Source: Clostridia bacterium (GTDB lineage: Bacteria > Bacillota > Clostridia > Oscillospirales > CAG-272). Taken from it: 64,000 nucleotides of DNA. The stretch is taken from contig JAGBSP010000033.1 in NCBI GenBank assembly GCA_017631855.1, positions 13,461 to 77,460 of the forward strand, written 5' to 3'. The translations under genes were made by a program, and so were the position numbers. Positions 43,420 to 53,068 of the stretch are shown in pieces. Position 1 is the first letter of the stretch. Every line of letters starts with the position of its first letter. Below the pieces are notes generated by a model, which made no database searches, was not told the origin of the DNA, and saw only the letters and a list, made by a program, of their open reading frames with translations.

Positions 43420-45926
43420 AACTTTCCTTTTCCACAAGAGGATGGCCAAATCTTTCTTTTGAGGAAATGCTTGAGGTCGCCCTGGATATGGGATTTTCTG
43501 GCGTTGAGGTATACAATCTCGCAAAATTTGATCCGTTGATGGAAAAAGGCGGTCCCTTCCATAAGTACAACACCGCCGCCACAGTTCGTCAGCTCAGAGA
43601 GAGAGGACTCTCGATTCCTTGCTTTGACACCTCTCTTGATATCTCGTGCGATAACACCGCGATATCGACGATAAAAAATCTGCTTGAGATCGCGCACAAT
43701 GCAAGAGTTCCCTACGTCGTGGTATGCGCATTACGCGACGACGAGGAGGCGGTATATTCCGCACTCACCGAGCTTTTGCCAATTGCCGCCGAGAAAAAAG
43801 TAAGTATCCTGATCAAAACCAGCGGAATTTACGCAGACACCCTCCGCCTTCGCGCGATGCTCGACAGCTTTGCCAGCGACCATCTCGCAGCACTGTGGGA
43901 TGTTCATCATCCGTATAGAGATCACGGAGAATCTGGAGATCAAACCATCAAAAATCTCGGTGCTTACGTTGCGCACGTCCATATGCGCGACTCGGATGAT
44001 GACGGCGCATATCAGCTGATCGGTGAAGGAACGATGCCCATCGAAGACGTAATGCGCGCACTTTCTTCGGTCAACTACGACGCGTTTATCTCCCTCGAAT
44101 GGAAGCCAGAATGGCTCGATGATCTTCAAGATCCCGAAATTATTTTCCCCCATTTTGTCAACTATATGTCGCATTTTCATTCCACGAGGGATATGAAAAA
44201 GAGTCTTTACTTCAACCACGACGGCACGGGACAGTACGTTTGGAAAAAGGACGAGCTCATCGACCTGACCTTCTCCGAGGTACTCGACAGAGTAGCAGAC
44301 GAGTTTCCCGATCAGTACTGTTTCAAGTACACGACGCTCGATTATACCCGCACCTACTCGCAGTTCCGCGAGGACGTAGACCGTTTTGCCAGAGCGCTTG
44401 TTTCTCTCGGTGTCAAGGCGGGCTCTAAGGTTGCTGTCTGGGCAACCAATCTTCCCGCGTGGTATATCACCTTCTGGGCAACCACCAAGATCGGTGCCGT
44501 TCTCGTTACCGTCAACACGGCATATAAGATCCACGAGGCGGAATATCTGCTCCGTCAATCCGACACGCATACGCTCGTGATGATCGAGAGCTGTCTTGAC
44601 TCGAATTACAAGGAAATCATCAACACCCTTTGCCCCGAACTGAAGAACACCGTCCCCGGAGAGCCTCTCCACGCAAAAAAGCTTCCCTTCCTTCGCAACG
44701 TCATCACCGTTGGATTTAAACAGGAAGGATCGCTCACCTTCGAGGAAGCAATGACACGTTATAAACTCGTCAGCCGCGAGCAGGTTGCCAGAATGGCGGC
44801 AGCCGTCAAGCCGAGCGACGTTTGCAATATGCAGTACACCTCGGGTACGACAGGCTTTCCAAAGGGCGTAATGCTCACGCACTACAACGTTGTCAACAAC
44901 GGAAAATGTATTGGTGACCGTATGGGACTTTCCACAGCGGACCGAATGATGATCCATGTTCCAATGTTCCACTGCTTCGGTATGACACTCTCGATGACCT
45001 CGTCGATGACGCACGGTGCTACAATGTGTCCAATGCCCTATTTCTCCGCAAAATCCTCTCTGGCGTGTATCAATCAAGAGAAGATTACCTGCTTTAACGG
45101 CGTACCGACGATGTTTATCGCAATGTTCAATCACCCGAACTACCGCAATACTGACTTCTCGCATATGAGAACGGGAATTATGGCAGGATCAGGCTGTCCC
45201 CCCGAATTGATGAAGCGCGCCGCACGTCCCGACGAGATGAATATGACGGGAATCGTCAGCGTTTACGGACAAACCGAATGCGCGCCCGGTAATACGATGA
45301 GCTCGTGGACCGATCCGCTGGACGTCCGAACCGAAACGGTAGGATCCGCATTCCCACACGTCATGTGTAAAATTATTGATCCTGAAACAGGAACCGAAGT
45401 TGGTCCCGGTGTCAACGGCGAATTCTGTGCCAAGGGATATAACACAATGAAGGGCTACTATAAAATGCCAGATGCCACCAAGGAAACGATTGATGAGGAC
45501 GGATGGCTCCACTCGGGCGACCTCGCTTGCCGTGATGAGAACGGAAATTATAAAATTACCGGACGTCTTAAGGATATGATCATCCGCGGCGGTGAAAATA
45601 TTTACCCCAAGGAAATCGAGGAATTTATTTATACCCACCCGATGACAAAAGACGTTCAGGTCATCGGCGTTCCCGATAAAAAATACGGCGAGGAGATTAT
45701 GGCTTGCATTATCCTCAAGGAACCGGGAAGCGTCACGGTGGAGGAGATGAGTGCCTATATTAAATCCAGCATGGCGCGCCATAAAGTTCCGAAGTATATC
45801 GAATTTGTGGACAGCTTCCCGATGAACGCGGCAGGCAAAGTGCTCAAATATAAGATGCGACAGGACGCCGCAGAGCGCCTCGGACTTGTTGGCGACGGTG
45901 CCGATACAGCAGGTCCCCAAAAATAA
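43416..45926 (+). CDS. xylose-isomerase-like TIM-barrel domain fused to AMP-forming acyl-CoA ligase (FadD-like)
   Basis: The N-terminal ~260 aa resemble sugar-phosphate isomerase/epimerase (AP_endonuc_2-like): LSFSTRGWP ... GFSGVEVY ... HVHMRD ... ISLEW. The C-terminal ligase has MQYTSGTTGFPKGV, GWLHSGDLA, GRLKDMIIRGGENIYPKEIE and NAAGKVLK. Its start overlaps the upstream stop (ATGA). Confidence 0.88.
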   Translation: MKLSFSTRGWPNLSFEEMLEVALDMGFSGVEVYNLAKFDPLMEKGGPFHKYNTAATVRQLRERGLSIPCFDTSLDISCDNTAISTIKNLLEIAHNARVPYVVVCALRDDEEAVYSALTELLPIAAEKKVSILIKTSGIYADTLRLRAMLDSFASDHLAALWDVHHPYRDHGESGDQTIKNLGAYVAHVHMRDSDDDGAYQLIGEGTMPIEDVMRALSSVNYDAFISLEWKPEWLDDLQDPEIIFPHFVNYMSHFHSTRDMKKSLYFNHDGTGQYVWKKDELIDLTFSEVLDRVADEFPDQYCFKYTTLDYTRTYSQFREDVDRFARALVSLGVKAGSKVAVWATNLPAWYITFWATTKIGAVLVTVNTAYKIHEAEYLLRQSDTHTLVMIESCLDSNYKEIINTLCPELKNTVPGEPLHAKKLPFLRNVITVGFKQEGSLTFEEAMTRYKLVSREQVARMAAAVKPSDVCNMQYTSGTTGFPKGVMLTHYNVVNNGKCIGDRMGLSTADRMMIHVPMFHCFGMTLSMTSSMTHGATMCPMPYFSAKSSLACINQEKITCFNGVPTMFIAMFNHPNYRNTDFSHMRTGIMAGSGCPPELMKRAARPDEMNMTGIVSVYGQTECAPGNTMSSWTDPLDVRTETVGSAFPHVMCKIIDPETGTEVGPGVNGEFCAKGYNTMKGYYKMPDATKETIDEDGWLHSGDLACRDENGNYKITGRLKDMIIRGGENIYPKEIEEFIYTHPMTKDVQVIGVPDKKYGEEIMACIILKEPGSVTVEEMSAYIKSSMARHKVPKYIEFVDSFPMNAAGKVLKYKMRQDAAERLGLVGDGADTAGPQK

Positions 45927-45928
45927 CA

Positions 45929-45970
45929 AAAAAACCGCTTGCTCTCCACGGAGTAAGCGGTTTTCTTTTT
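45929..45970. terminator. bidirectional terminator
   Basis: AAAACCGCTTGCTC / GAGTAAGCGGTTTT, between convergent genes. Confidence 0.7.
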
Positions 45971-45972
45971 GG

Positions 45973-46200
45973 TTATTTCAATTTTTTCATTTCCAGATAC
46001 CGACAAACGTCACCGACCGTAACAAACTTCACAGGCTCTGTAAAACGGAAGCCAAACGCCGCCTCGATCTCCATCGCAAACAGCATAATCGAAAGCGAAT
46101 CCAAGGCGAGGTCCTCGATCAGTCGAGTATCCTCGTTCACCTCGTCCATTTTAATATTCTGATTAACCTTCGCCAAAATTTCCTTTAATTGATCCAACAT
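45973..46200 (-). CDS. acyl carrier protein-like (phosphopantetheine-binding)
   Basis: 75 aa with LALDSLSIMLFAMEIE, which contains the D-S-L attachment motif. Confidence 0.8.
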   Translation of the reverse strand: MLDQLKEILAKVNQNIKMDEVNEDTRLIEDLALDSLSIMLFAMEIEAAFGFRFTEPVKFVTVGDVCRYLEMKKLK

Positions 46201-46203
46201 TGT

Positions 46204-47358
46204 TCAGTCCTCCGTTTTGATGTTTTTAAGGGTTTTGAGATAGGAACGACGCTTCTTGTGTTGCTCCGCGTCAAAATATTTCCACTGTGCCATCACCTGC
46301 GTATTGGTTTCGAGATTGAGATTAGTTTCAAAGTGCTCAATCTCTCCGCTTTCTAAATACTCGGTCATTTTTTGCAGCATCACTGCGTTGATGCCTGCCG
46401 ACTGATATTCAGGGAGGATCGCCACCAGCGCAAGATCCACAACCTTTGGCTTTCTGACCAGACGCAAAAGTCTGCAAAGCGTTGCGGGAGTAAGGCGTCC
46501 GCCGCTCTTTCTAAGTGCTTCGCCAAAGGACGGAATGCACAGAGCAAAAGAAACGACTCTGTCGGTTTCGTCACAGATCACGATCAGATATTTTTTGTTG
46601 ATCACCAGCATAAACTGATCAATCAGCTGCTGTTTCATACTCTCGGTAAAGGGGACCGTGCCGTAAAGATGGCAATAGCAGAGGTCAATACACTCAAAGA
46701 CGCCGTCCTTGTAGCGATCGATATATTCCCTTTTGCTCATCTTGTCCGAATCGACCACGTGAAGCCGGCTGAGCTCCAGCGCGCGCTCTGCGACTCTTGC
46801 GAGCATTTCGTTTTTGACCTTCGGTGCTTTGAGTGCAAACTCCAGCCAATCGATCTCTTTCGCGTAGCCACAAGCCTCAATCAGCCTCGGATAGTACTCG
46901 TAATTATACTGCTCCTCAAAGGTTGAAAGATGCTCAAATCCCTCGATCAGAAGACCTTCTCGCTCAAGGTCGCTGTAGCCGAGGGGGCCGCAAACGGTAT
47001 CCATCCCCTGCTTTTCCGCCCAATTCTCCAGCGCCCCAAAGAGCGCTTTTGCCACTTCGACGTCATCCACAGCGTCAAATCGGGTAAAGCGAACTCGTTT
47101 TTCGGCGTGAAGCTCGTTGAACTGCTTTTGTAAAATTCCTTGAATTCTTCCCACCGTTTTTCTATCTTGTACCGCAAGAAAAAAGACACTTTCGCAGGTA
47201 TCTGCATAGGCGTTTTTTGTGGTGAAAATTTTCATTTCATCACCGTAAAGCGGTGGAACAAACTGGGAACATCCTTTGTAAAGTCTGATGGAAAATCGAA
47301 CGAACTCTCTCTGCTCCGCTTTTGTCTTTACTTCGACAATTTTAACATTTTTCATCAC
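46204..47358 (-). CDS. GNAT-like acyltransferase, function unknown
   Basis: 384 aa. The C-terminal LALVAILPEYQSAGINAVML resembles the GNAT acyl-CoA-binding beta4-alpha3 segment. It is immediately followed by the ACP gene. Confidence 0.65.
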   Translation of the reverse strand: MMKNVKIVEVKTKAEQREFVRFSIRLYKGCSQFVPPLYGDEMKIFTTKNAYADTCESVFFLAVQDRKTVGRIQGILQKQFNELHAEKRVRFTRFDAVDDVEVAKALFGALENWAEKQGMDTVCGPLGYSDLEREGLLIEGFEHLSTFEEQYNYEYYPRLIEACGYAKEIDWLEFALKAPKVKNEMLARVAERALELSRLHVVDSDKMSKREYIDRYKDGVFECIDLCYCHLYGTVPFTESMKQQLIDQFMLVINKKYLIVICDETDRVVSFALCIPSFGEALRKSGGRLTPATLCRLLRLVRKPKVVDLALVAILPEYQSAGINAVMLQKMTEYLESGEIEHFETNLNLETNTQVMAQWKYFDAEQHKKRRSYLKTLKNIKTED

Positions 47359-48264
47359 TCAGTCCTCAAGGGCTTCATCCTCTCGGCGAAGGAAAGCAAG
47401 TCCGTATCCGGCAAGCCAAGGTCCGCAGTGACAACCGCTGACGGGAGACACGATCATCGGCTCATGGTTAGGTTCAATTCCGTATTGCTTTTCGATCTCC
47501 ATCTGCTGCTCGACGAGCGACGTACCCGTGTACATACGCCAGAGCACGTAGTCCTCGGGAGAACGGTCTCCGATCATTTCCTTCACGATCATGCATTCCT
47601 GATGCAATGCCTTTTTGAGGGTTCTGACGCTCTGCAAGGAACAGATTTCCCCCTCGTGCGTAAAATGAAGTACGGGGCAAACGCTGAGCATTTTGCCCAT
47701 CAACGCCTTTCCTCCCTTGAGTCTTCCGTTGTAAATAAGATAATCCAATTTTCCCACAACGCCGATAAATTCCTGACGCTTCATCATCCAGGCAATCTCC
47801 TTAAGAATGGTTTCGGTAGGAATATCCTTCTGCACCATTTCCGCCGCCTTGATGGCAAGAAGTCCCTCGCCAAAGCAAGCGATTTTGGAGTCAACGACCG
47901 TAATTTTAATACGGTCGGAGAATTCCTCGGCGATCAAACGAATGAGATTGTAGGTTCCGCCAAGGTACGAGCTCAGAGCAATCACGATGACCTCGTCGTA
48001 TCCGTCGGCACACGCCTTTTCGAACTGGGACATAATCTCTTCTCTCGTTGGCATCGAGGTGTAGGGCAAATGATTCTGAGGATCTTCGAGAACCTCCAGC
48101 TGACGGTAAAATTCTACGGGATCAAGGTCCAATCCCTCGCGATATTCCTTTCCCTGAAAATGAACGTGAACGCGGATAAAGTCAATATCGTATGTTCTGT
48201 AACGTTCGGGAGCATACTCAATGCAACCCGTGGAGGTACATATAATTTTTCTCTTGTTTGCCAT
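47359..48264 (-). CDS. DegV-family fatty-acid-binding protein (FakB-like)
   Basis: KIICTSTGCIEY ..., SSYLGGTYN, and the C-terminal VSPVSGCHCGPW, typical of DegV. Confidence 0.88.
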   Translation of the reverse strand: MANKRKIICTSTGCIEYAPERYRTYDIDFIRVHVHFQGKEYREGLDLDPVEFYRQLEVLEDPQNHLPYTSMPTREEIMSQFEKACADGYDEVIVIALSSYLGGTYNLIRLIAEEFSDRIKITVVDSKIACFGEGLLAIKAAEMVQKDIPTETILKEIAWMMKRQEFIGVVGKLDYLIYNGRLKGGKALMGKMLSVCPVLHFTHEGEICSLQSVRTLKKALHQECMIVKEMIGDRSPEDYVLWRMYTGTSLVEQQMEIEKQYGIEPNHEPMIVSPVSGCHCGPWLAGYGLAFLRREDEALED

Positions 48265-48289
48265 TGTCTTTCTCCTTTATTCTCTTCGT

Positions 48290-49273
48290 TTATCTATGAT
48301 CTCTGCCTTCAAACAGAGTTTGATTTTTTGCCATATTCAAAAGCATCGACGAGGTGTTTTTGATCGAGTCTGCGTTTGCCGTTCCTCTTGCTTTGAGGAT
48401 CGGCTTTCCAACGCCAAGAATGATTGCGCCACCCAGCGCGCTGAAGTCATACAGCCCCATCAGATACGCCACCAGCTTCATCATCTCGGGATTGCCCGTT
48501 TTCTTTGCGTATTTGACGATGTCGGTAATGATGCGGCGGGCAATTCCCTCCGAGTTCTTAAAGACCTGATTTCCCGCAAAGCCGTCGCAAACGAGGACGT
48601 CGCAATCGCCTGAAAGTGCGCGATTTCCCTCGATATTTCCGATAAAATTGAGCTCCGTCTCCAGCTTCAAGCGCGCGTGCGTTTCCTTGACGAGCTTATT
48701 TCCCTTCGTTGCCTCGGCGCCATTGGAAAGCAGACCGATGCGGGGAGATTCGATGCCGTAAAATTCCTTCATAAATTCCGATCCCATATGCGCGAAGGCA
48801 ACCAGCTGATCGGCAGTACAGTCAATATTTGCGCCCGTGTCGCAAAGACAGGTAAATCCGCCCTGCTCTGCAGGAAGAATTGCCGCAAGCGCGGGACGCT
48901 TGAGCTCCTTTGCCGGAACGTAGCGAAGCGATCCTGCCAAAAGCGCCCCCGTACTACCCGCATTAATCAAACCGACGAGATCCTCTTGCTCTCCCAGTGC
49001 GACGAGTGCCTTGACGAGCGAAGAATCGTTTTTACGGAAGATCGCCTCCATCGGATTGTCGTAATTGGTGATCACCTCCGATGCGTGAACGATTTCAATG
49101 CGTGCACGGTCACAATCGATTTCACTTAGCTTTTTTTCAAGGATTCCGGCGTCACCGAACAGCACCACCGAAAGATCCTCGTGCTCACGGAGCGCCTGTA
49201 CCGCTCCCTCCACCAACAGCTCGGGGCCGTGGTCGCTTCCCATGACATCAATGGCAATTTTATAGGTTTTCAT
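48290..49273 (-). CDS. plsX: phosphate acyltransferase PlsX
   Basis: IAIDVMGSDHGP, NAGSTGALLA and GNIEGNR motifs. Confidence 0.92.
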   Translation of the reverse strand: MKTYKIAIDVMGSDHGPELLVEGAVQALREHEDLSVVLFGDAGILEKKLSEIDCDRARIEIVHASEVITNYDNPMEAIFRKNDSSLVKALVALGEQEDLVGLINAGSTGALLAGSLRYVPAKELKRPALAAILPAEQGGFTCLCDTGANIDCTADQLVAFAHMGSEFMKEFYGIESPRIGLLSNGAEATKGNKLVKETHARLKLETELNFIGNIEGNRALSGDCDVLVCDGFAGNQVFKNSEGIARRIITDIVKYAKKTGNPEMMKLVAYLMGLYDFSALGGAIILGVGKPILKARGTANADSIKNTSSMLLNMAKNQTLFEGRDHR

Positions 49274-49284
49274 CTCAATTCTCC

Positions 49285-50946
49285 TTATTCTACGGCAATC
49301 AGATAATCGTATATTTTTTGTCCACCGAGATAGACCTCGACAACGTGGTCTTCAAAACGCTCCTCAAGCGCCTCACTCATTGCCACGCGATCCTCCTCGG
49401 ACACGGATTCTCCGACAAAAAGGGTAATCAGCTCACGGTCGGAAAGATCCTCAATGCGCTCGATCATATCTCCGAGTGCCGTGATGGGATCGACGTTCGA
49501 CGTAAGCAATTCTCCGTCCAAAATACCGATATATTCTCCCTCTCTGACCGATACGCCGCCAATGACCGTATCACGCACAGCAACCGTCAATTCTCCCGAC
49601 ACCACGGCATCCTTTGCCGCGATAAGATCGTCAACCTGATCGTCGGGGTCGGTCACGGACGGATTGAATACCGACAGTGCCGCATATCCCTGGGGTAGGG
49701 TTTTGGTGGGAATAACCCGTACGGGGGCACCTCCCCAAAGCTCCGCCGCCTGCTGTGCCGTCAGGAGGATATTTCCGTTATTGGGGAACACAAAAATGTA
49801 ATCTACGTTCAATGCTTCAAACGCCGAAAGAAACTGCTCGGCAGAAGGATTGCCCGTTTGTCCACCGTCGATGATAACGTCCGCACCGAGCGAAGTGAAG
49901 AGCGCCTTCATTCCCGCCCCCGTAGCCACCGTGACAACGCCGTAACGCTTGTGCGGCGTTTTCTTTTTTTGTGGCTCGGCGAGCTTTTTTTCGGAATGCT
50001 GAAGGGACATATTTTCGATCTTCACACTCAGAAATTCACCGTAGATCTGACAAAGTGTCAGGACGTCTGAGGGTGTGAGCGTATGCGCGTGCACCTTGAG
50101 AAGATCCCCCTCACGGATCGCCACAATCGAGTCGCATCCAAGGTTTTCCAAACGGTCGCTGAACACCTTGACGTCAAGAGCTTCTCTCTCAAGCTTTGCT
50201 CTCTGCAAACGCACCATACACTCGGTACAGTAACCGTAAGTCAATGTACTGTCTGTGGTAAAAAGATCGTAATTGATCTCGGCACTTGCCGTTTCCTCTC
50301 TCTTCGGCAAGAGACTCTTTTCTTCTTCGCAAAGCGCGGCATACATTCCTTTTGCGATATACAGATATCCCGCGCCACCACTGTCGACCACGTCAGCTTC
50401 GCTCAATACGGGAAGGATATCCTTGGTCCGCGCAAGTGAGCGCTCAGCCTCCTCGATATTCAGCTTTAAAAACTCCTCCAGCGTGCTATCCTCCGCCAAA
50501 TGAGATTTCGCATACTCGGCGCTTTCGCGCACGACAGTCAAAATTGTTCCCTCCACGGGCGTTACCACAGCAGAATACGAGCGTTTCACGCCATGCAGAT
50601 ACGCCGCGGAAAGCTCCGCAATGCTTGCACTTTCCTGCTGTTTCTTGGAAAGCTCCTCGCAGATTCCCGCAAAGAACTGCGACAAAATGACGCCTGAATT
50701 TCCTCTTGCGCCAAAGAGCGAACCCTTGGCAAAATTGCTTGCCGCCGCAGAAAGTGTCGCGGCATCGTTTTCCATCATTTTGAACACGCCGCTTTCGATC
50801 GTTTTGGTCATATTGGTTCCCGTATCTCCGTCAGGAACGGGAAATACATTTAGATCGTTGATCTCTTCCATATGTAAGCGAATTCCGTTGGCTCCGCCGC
50901 AGAGAATCCGCTGAAAGGTTTTTCCGTCAAGTCTTGTAATTTCCAT
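49285..50946 (-). CDS. fakA: DAK2-domain fatty acid kinase subunit (FakA / YloV-like)
   Basis: LNVFPVPDGDTGTNM and GARGNSGVILSQ (DAK2 domain), plus a C-terminal DegV-like/EDD-fold region. The start is moved to the ATG at 50944-50946 behind GGAGAG. Confidence 0.88.
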   Translation of the reverse strand: MEITRLDGKTFQRILCGGANGIRLHMEEINDLNVFPVPDGDTGTNMTKTIESGVFKMMENDAATLSAAASNFAKGSLFGARGNSGVILSQFFAGICEELSKKQQESASIAELSAAYLHGVKRSYSAVVTPVEGTILTVVRESAEYAKSHLAEDSTLEEFLKLNIEEAERSLARTKDILPVLSEADVVDSGGAGYLYIAKGMYAALCEEEKSLLPKREETASAEINYDLFTTDSTLTYGYCTECMVRLQRAKLEREALDVKVFSDRLENLGCDSIVAIREGDLLKVHAHTLTPSDVLTLCQIYGEFLSVKIENMSLQHSEKKLAEPQKKKTPHKRYGVVTVATGAGMKALFTSLGADVIIDGGQTGNPSAEQFLSAFEALNVDYIFVFPNNGNILLTAQQAAELWGGAPVRVIPTKTLPQGYAALSVFNPSVTDPDDQVDDLIAAKDAVVSGELTVAVRDTVIGGVSVREGEYIGILDGELLTSNVDPITALGDMIERIEDLSDRELITLFVGESVSEEDRVAMSEALEERFEDHVVEVYLGGQKIYDYLIAVE

Positions 50947-50976
50947 AATCTCTCCGTCATTCAAGATCAATATATT

Positions 50977-51513
50977 TTAGTTCGTCGGTGCTACCGATAC
51001 TGCCTCGAGAAGCCGCACGGTGGAATGGATTACCTGATCAATATCGTACTTTTTATTTAAAAACAGAAAATCTCTTACAACCCGTACAAATCCACCGATC
51101 GCAAAAGAAATTTTGATGTGATCTTCTACGGGCTTTACGGTAGGATTGTATAGTGCGTGAAGTCGCTCCTCGAGCCTTGCGCACAGGATCTCCTGTTTAC
51201 CGCGGAAAATGATCCGAAGATCCTCGGACTGCTTTTCCAGCGAACAAAGAAGTCCCACAATATATGCCCTTGGGTTATCAAACATCTGATCGCATTCCAC
51301 GAAATCCATCATCACCAAATCAATCGCGGAATCCTCGATCTCCCTGGAAAGCTCGTTTGAGTCAGTATAATGGTGATAAAAGGTTGTCTTATTGATCTGC
51401 GCCATTTCACAGATATCCTTGACCTTGATTTTTTCGGGCATCAAGCGCTCTCTAAGTGACAAAAAAGCGGTTTTGATCTGCCCTCGCGTTTTGACCATTC
51501 GTAAATCCATCAA
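50977..51513 (-). CDS. TetR-family transcriptional regulator
   Basis: N-terminal HTH KVKDICEMAQINKTTFYHHY. Confidence 0.85.
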   Translation of the reverse strand: MMDLRMVKTRGQIKTAFLSLRERLMPEKIKVKDICEMAQINKTTFYHHYTDSNELSREIEDSAIDLVMMDFVECDQMFDNPRAYIVGLLCSLEKQSEDLRIIFRGKQEILCARLEERLHALYNPTVKPVEDHIKISFAIGGFVRVVRDFLFLNKKYDIDQVIHSTVRLLEAVSVAPTN

Positions 51514-51658
51514 ATCTCCCCCTGCTGTTACTATATTCCGATCGTTCCAAAATAATCAACTTTAGTTGCATAATCATATTATAGTCGTTTTTTGTCGAAA
51601 AGTCAATAGCTTTCAAAGAAAAATGCTTGGCAAGAAAATTCTTCTTCCCAAGCATTGT

Positions 51659-52876
51659 TTAATCATCTTCACGATACGGCTCTCCGTACTTCGCCTCATA
51701 CGCCTCGTTTTCTCGGATCATCCACAAAGGAAGGTCGGACGGCGTTGGCTCACGCGCTATACACGCAAAGAAATCGTCCAGATATTGCGTTGGATGCAGT
51801 GAAAAATTCAACACCGAAGCAACACGCATCAAACGTCCCTTTTCATCCAAAAGTTCAAGATTTTCATCCTGAACCCGTATGCTTTTTCCGCACTCGATCG
51901 GATATTGCGCCGTCGGATCCATTGGATCGGAGGCGTGCGAAAGAATGCGCTGAAGCTGTCGATATATACGATAATCGCGTTCTGAAGTAATATGAAAGAG
52001 CTCGTAGGTCTTCTGAGCATTCATCAGCAAAAACATATTCGTATATTTGGGAGCAAATACGCCCTCGTCCTGAATTTCAATAGGCGAAGAAAGCCGTTTC
52101 CATTCCTTGACCCGAAAAAGATAATAGTCCTCTTCCCCGTTCTGTCTTCGAACTCCAAAGCGGATCTTCTTTCTCTTCACGCGCCGAATTGCCGTCACTG
52201 CGCCGTAATAACAGATCCCCGATTCCGAAAAACGCGCCGACTGATACAGCGCCACATAACGGATGGGAAAACAAGTCGGATCAAAGTGCCGTTCGGGAGC
52301 GTAATAATACTTCTTTGCCAGATTGTGTCGGAATTGCTCCTCCGAGCCAAACGAGCCAACCAAAACGTCGCGCTCCAACCAATTCACCTCTGAAAGACGG
52401 ATCTCGATCTCGGCTTCCATCTCGGCCAGTGCGTCTTTCAAAATCACGTACGAATTGTACAGCGCCCGATCATAGACGGAACTCTGGACAATCTCCTTGA
52501 TTTTCATTGCGTTTTCAAACACTCTCTGCCAATGCGGATGCGTGCTTAGCGTCGCAAGCTTTGAGAAGAGGTGCCCCCAAAGCTCTTCTGCGCTTTCGTC
52601 GATCGAATAGTGCGATTTGAGGTCGTCAAAGTGCTTCAAGATCGACCGAATCAAATAGCAAATCCATCGATTTTCCTTGGTATCGTATAGCAAAGAAAAA
52701 GAAACATTTTCGGGAGACAAAGAAATCGATTGTTTTCCTTTGAGCACGCGGAGTGTTCGATCAGCTCGGCAAGTTTTTCGCGCGGGATTTTTCATAAGAC
52801 GCTCTGCTTCTGCAACAAAGTCCTCCCATGGTTTCTGAAGCCGCTGAAGTTCTTCCAAATGGATCGTGTTCGGCAA
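51659..52876 (-). CDS. hypothetical protein (405 aa)
   Basis: Long ORF with backbone-like composition. I could not recognise any motif. Confidence 0.65.
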   Translation of the reverse strand: MPNTIHLEELQRLQKPWEDFVAEAERLMKNPARKTCRADRTLRVLKGKQSISLSPENVSFSLLYDTKENRWICYLIRSILKHFDDLKSHYSIDESAEELWGHLFSKLATLSTHPHWQRVFENAMKIKEIVQSSVYDRALYNSYVILKDALAEMEAEIEIRLSEVNWLERDVLVGSFGSEEQFRHNLAKKYYYAPERHFDPTCFPIRYVALYQSARFSESGICYYGAVTAIRRVKRKKIRFGVRRQNGEEDYYLFRVKEWKRLSSPIEIQDEGVFAPKYTNMFLLMNAQKTYELFHITSERDYRIYRQLQRILSHASDPMDPTAQYPIECGKSIRVQDENLELLDEKGRLMRVASVLNFSLHPTQYLDDFFACIAREPTPSDLPLWMIRENEAYEAKYGEPYREDD

Positions 52877-52998
52877 TCCTATCCGCCCCCTTTCCTCATT
52901 TTTTTATCCTTTACCGTCATTCTATCATATTCTCTTCGATTTTTCAAGAAAAAAAGCAAAAAAACAAGTTTTTTGGCAAGAGAAATTTCAAATATGAA

Positions 52999-53027
52999 TT
53001 GACAAAAAAAGGTTTTCGTGCTACAAT
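52999..53027 (+). promoter_or_regulatory. SigA-type promoter of the paaK-iorAB operon
   Basis: TTGACA (52999-53004), a 17-nt spacer, then TACAAT (53022-53027). Confidence 0.6.
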
Positions 53028-53068
53028 GAAATATATTATTTTTTATATAAAAAAGGTAAAGAGATAAA

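Noticed and set aside
43731-45164. 477-aa minus-strand ORF (and 45189-45929)
   Set aside because: It is antisense to the TIM-barrel/AMP-ligase fusion gene, whose sense strand carries complete adenylation motifs.
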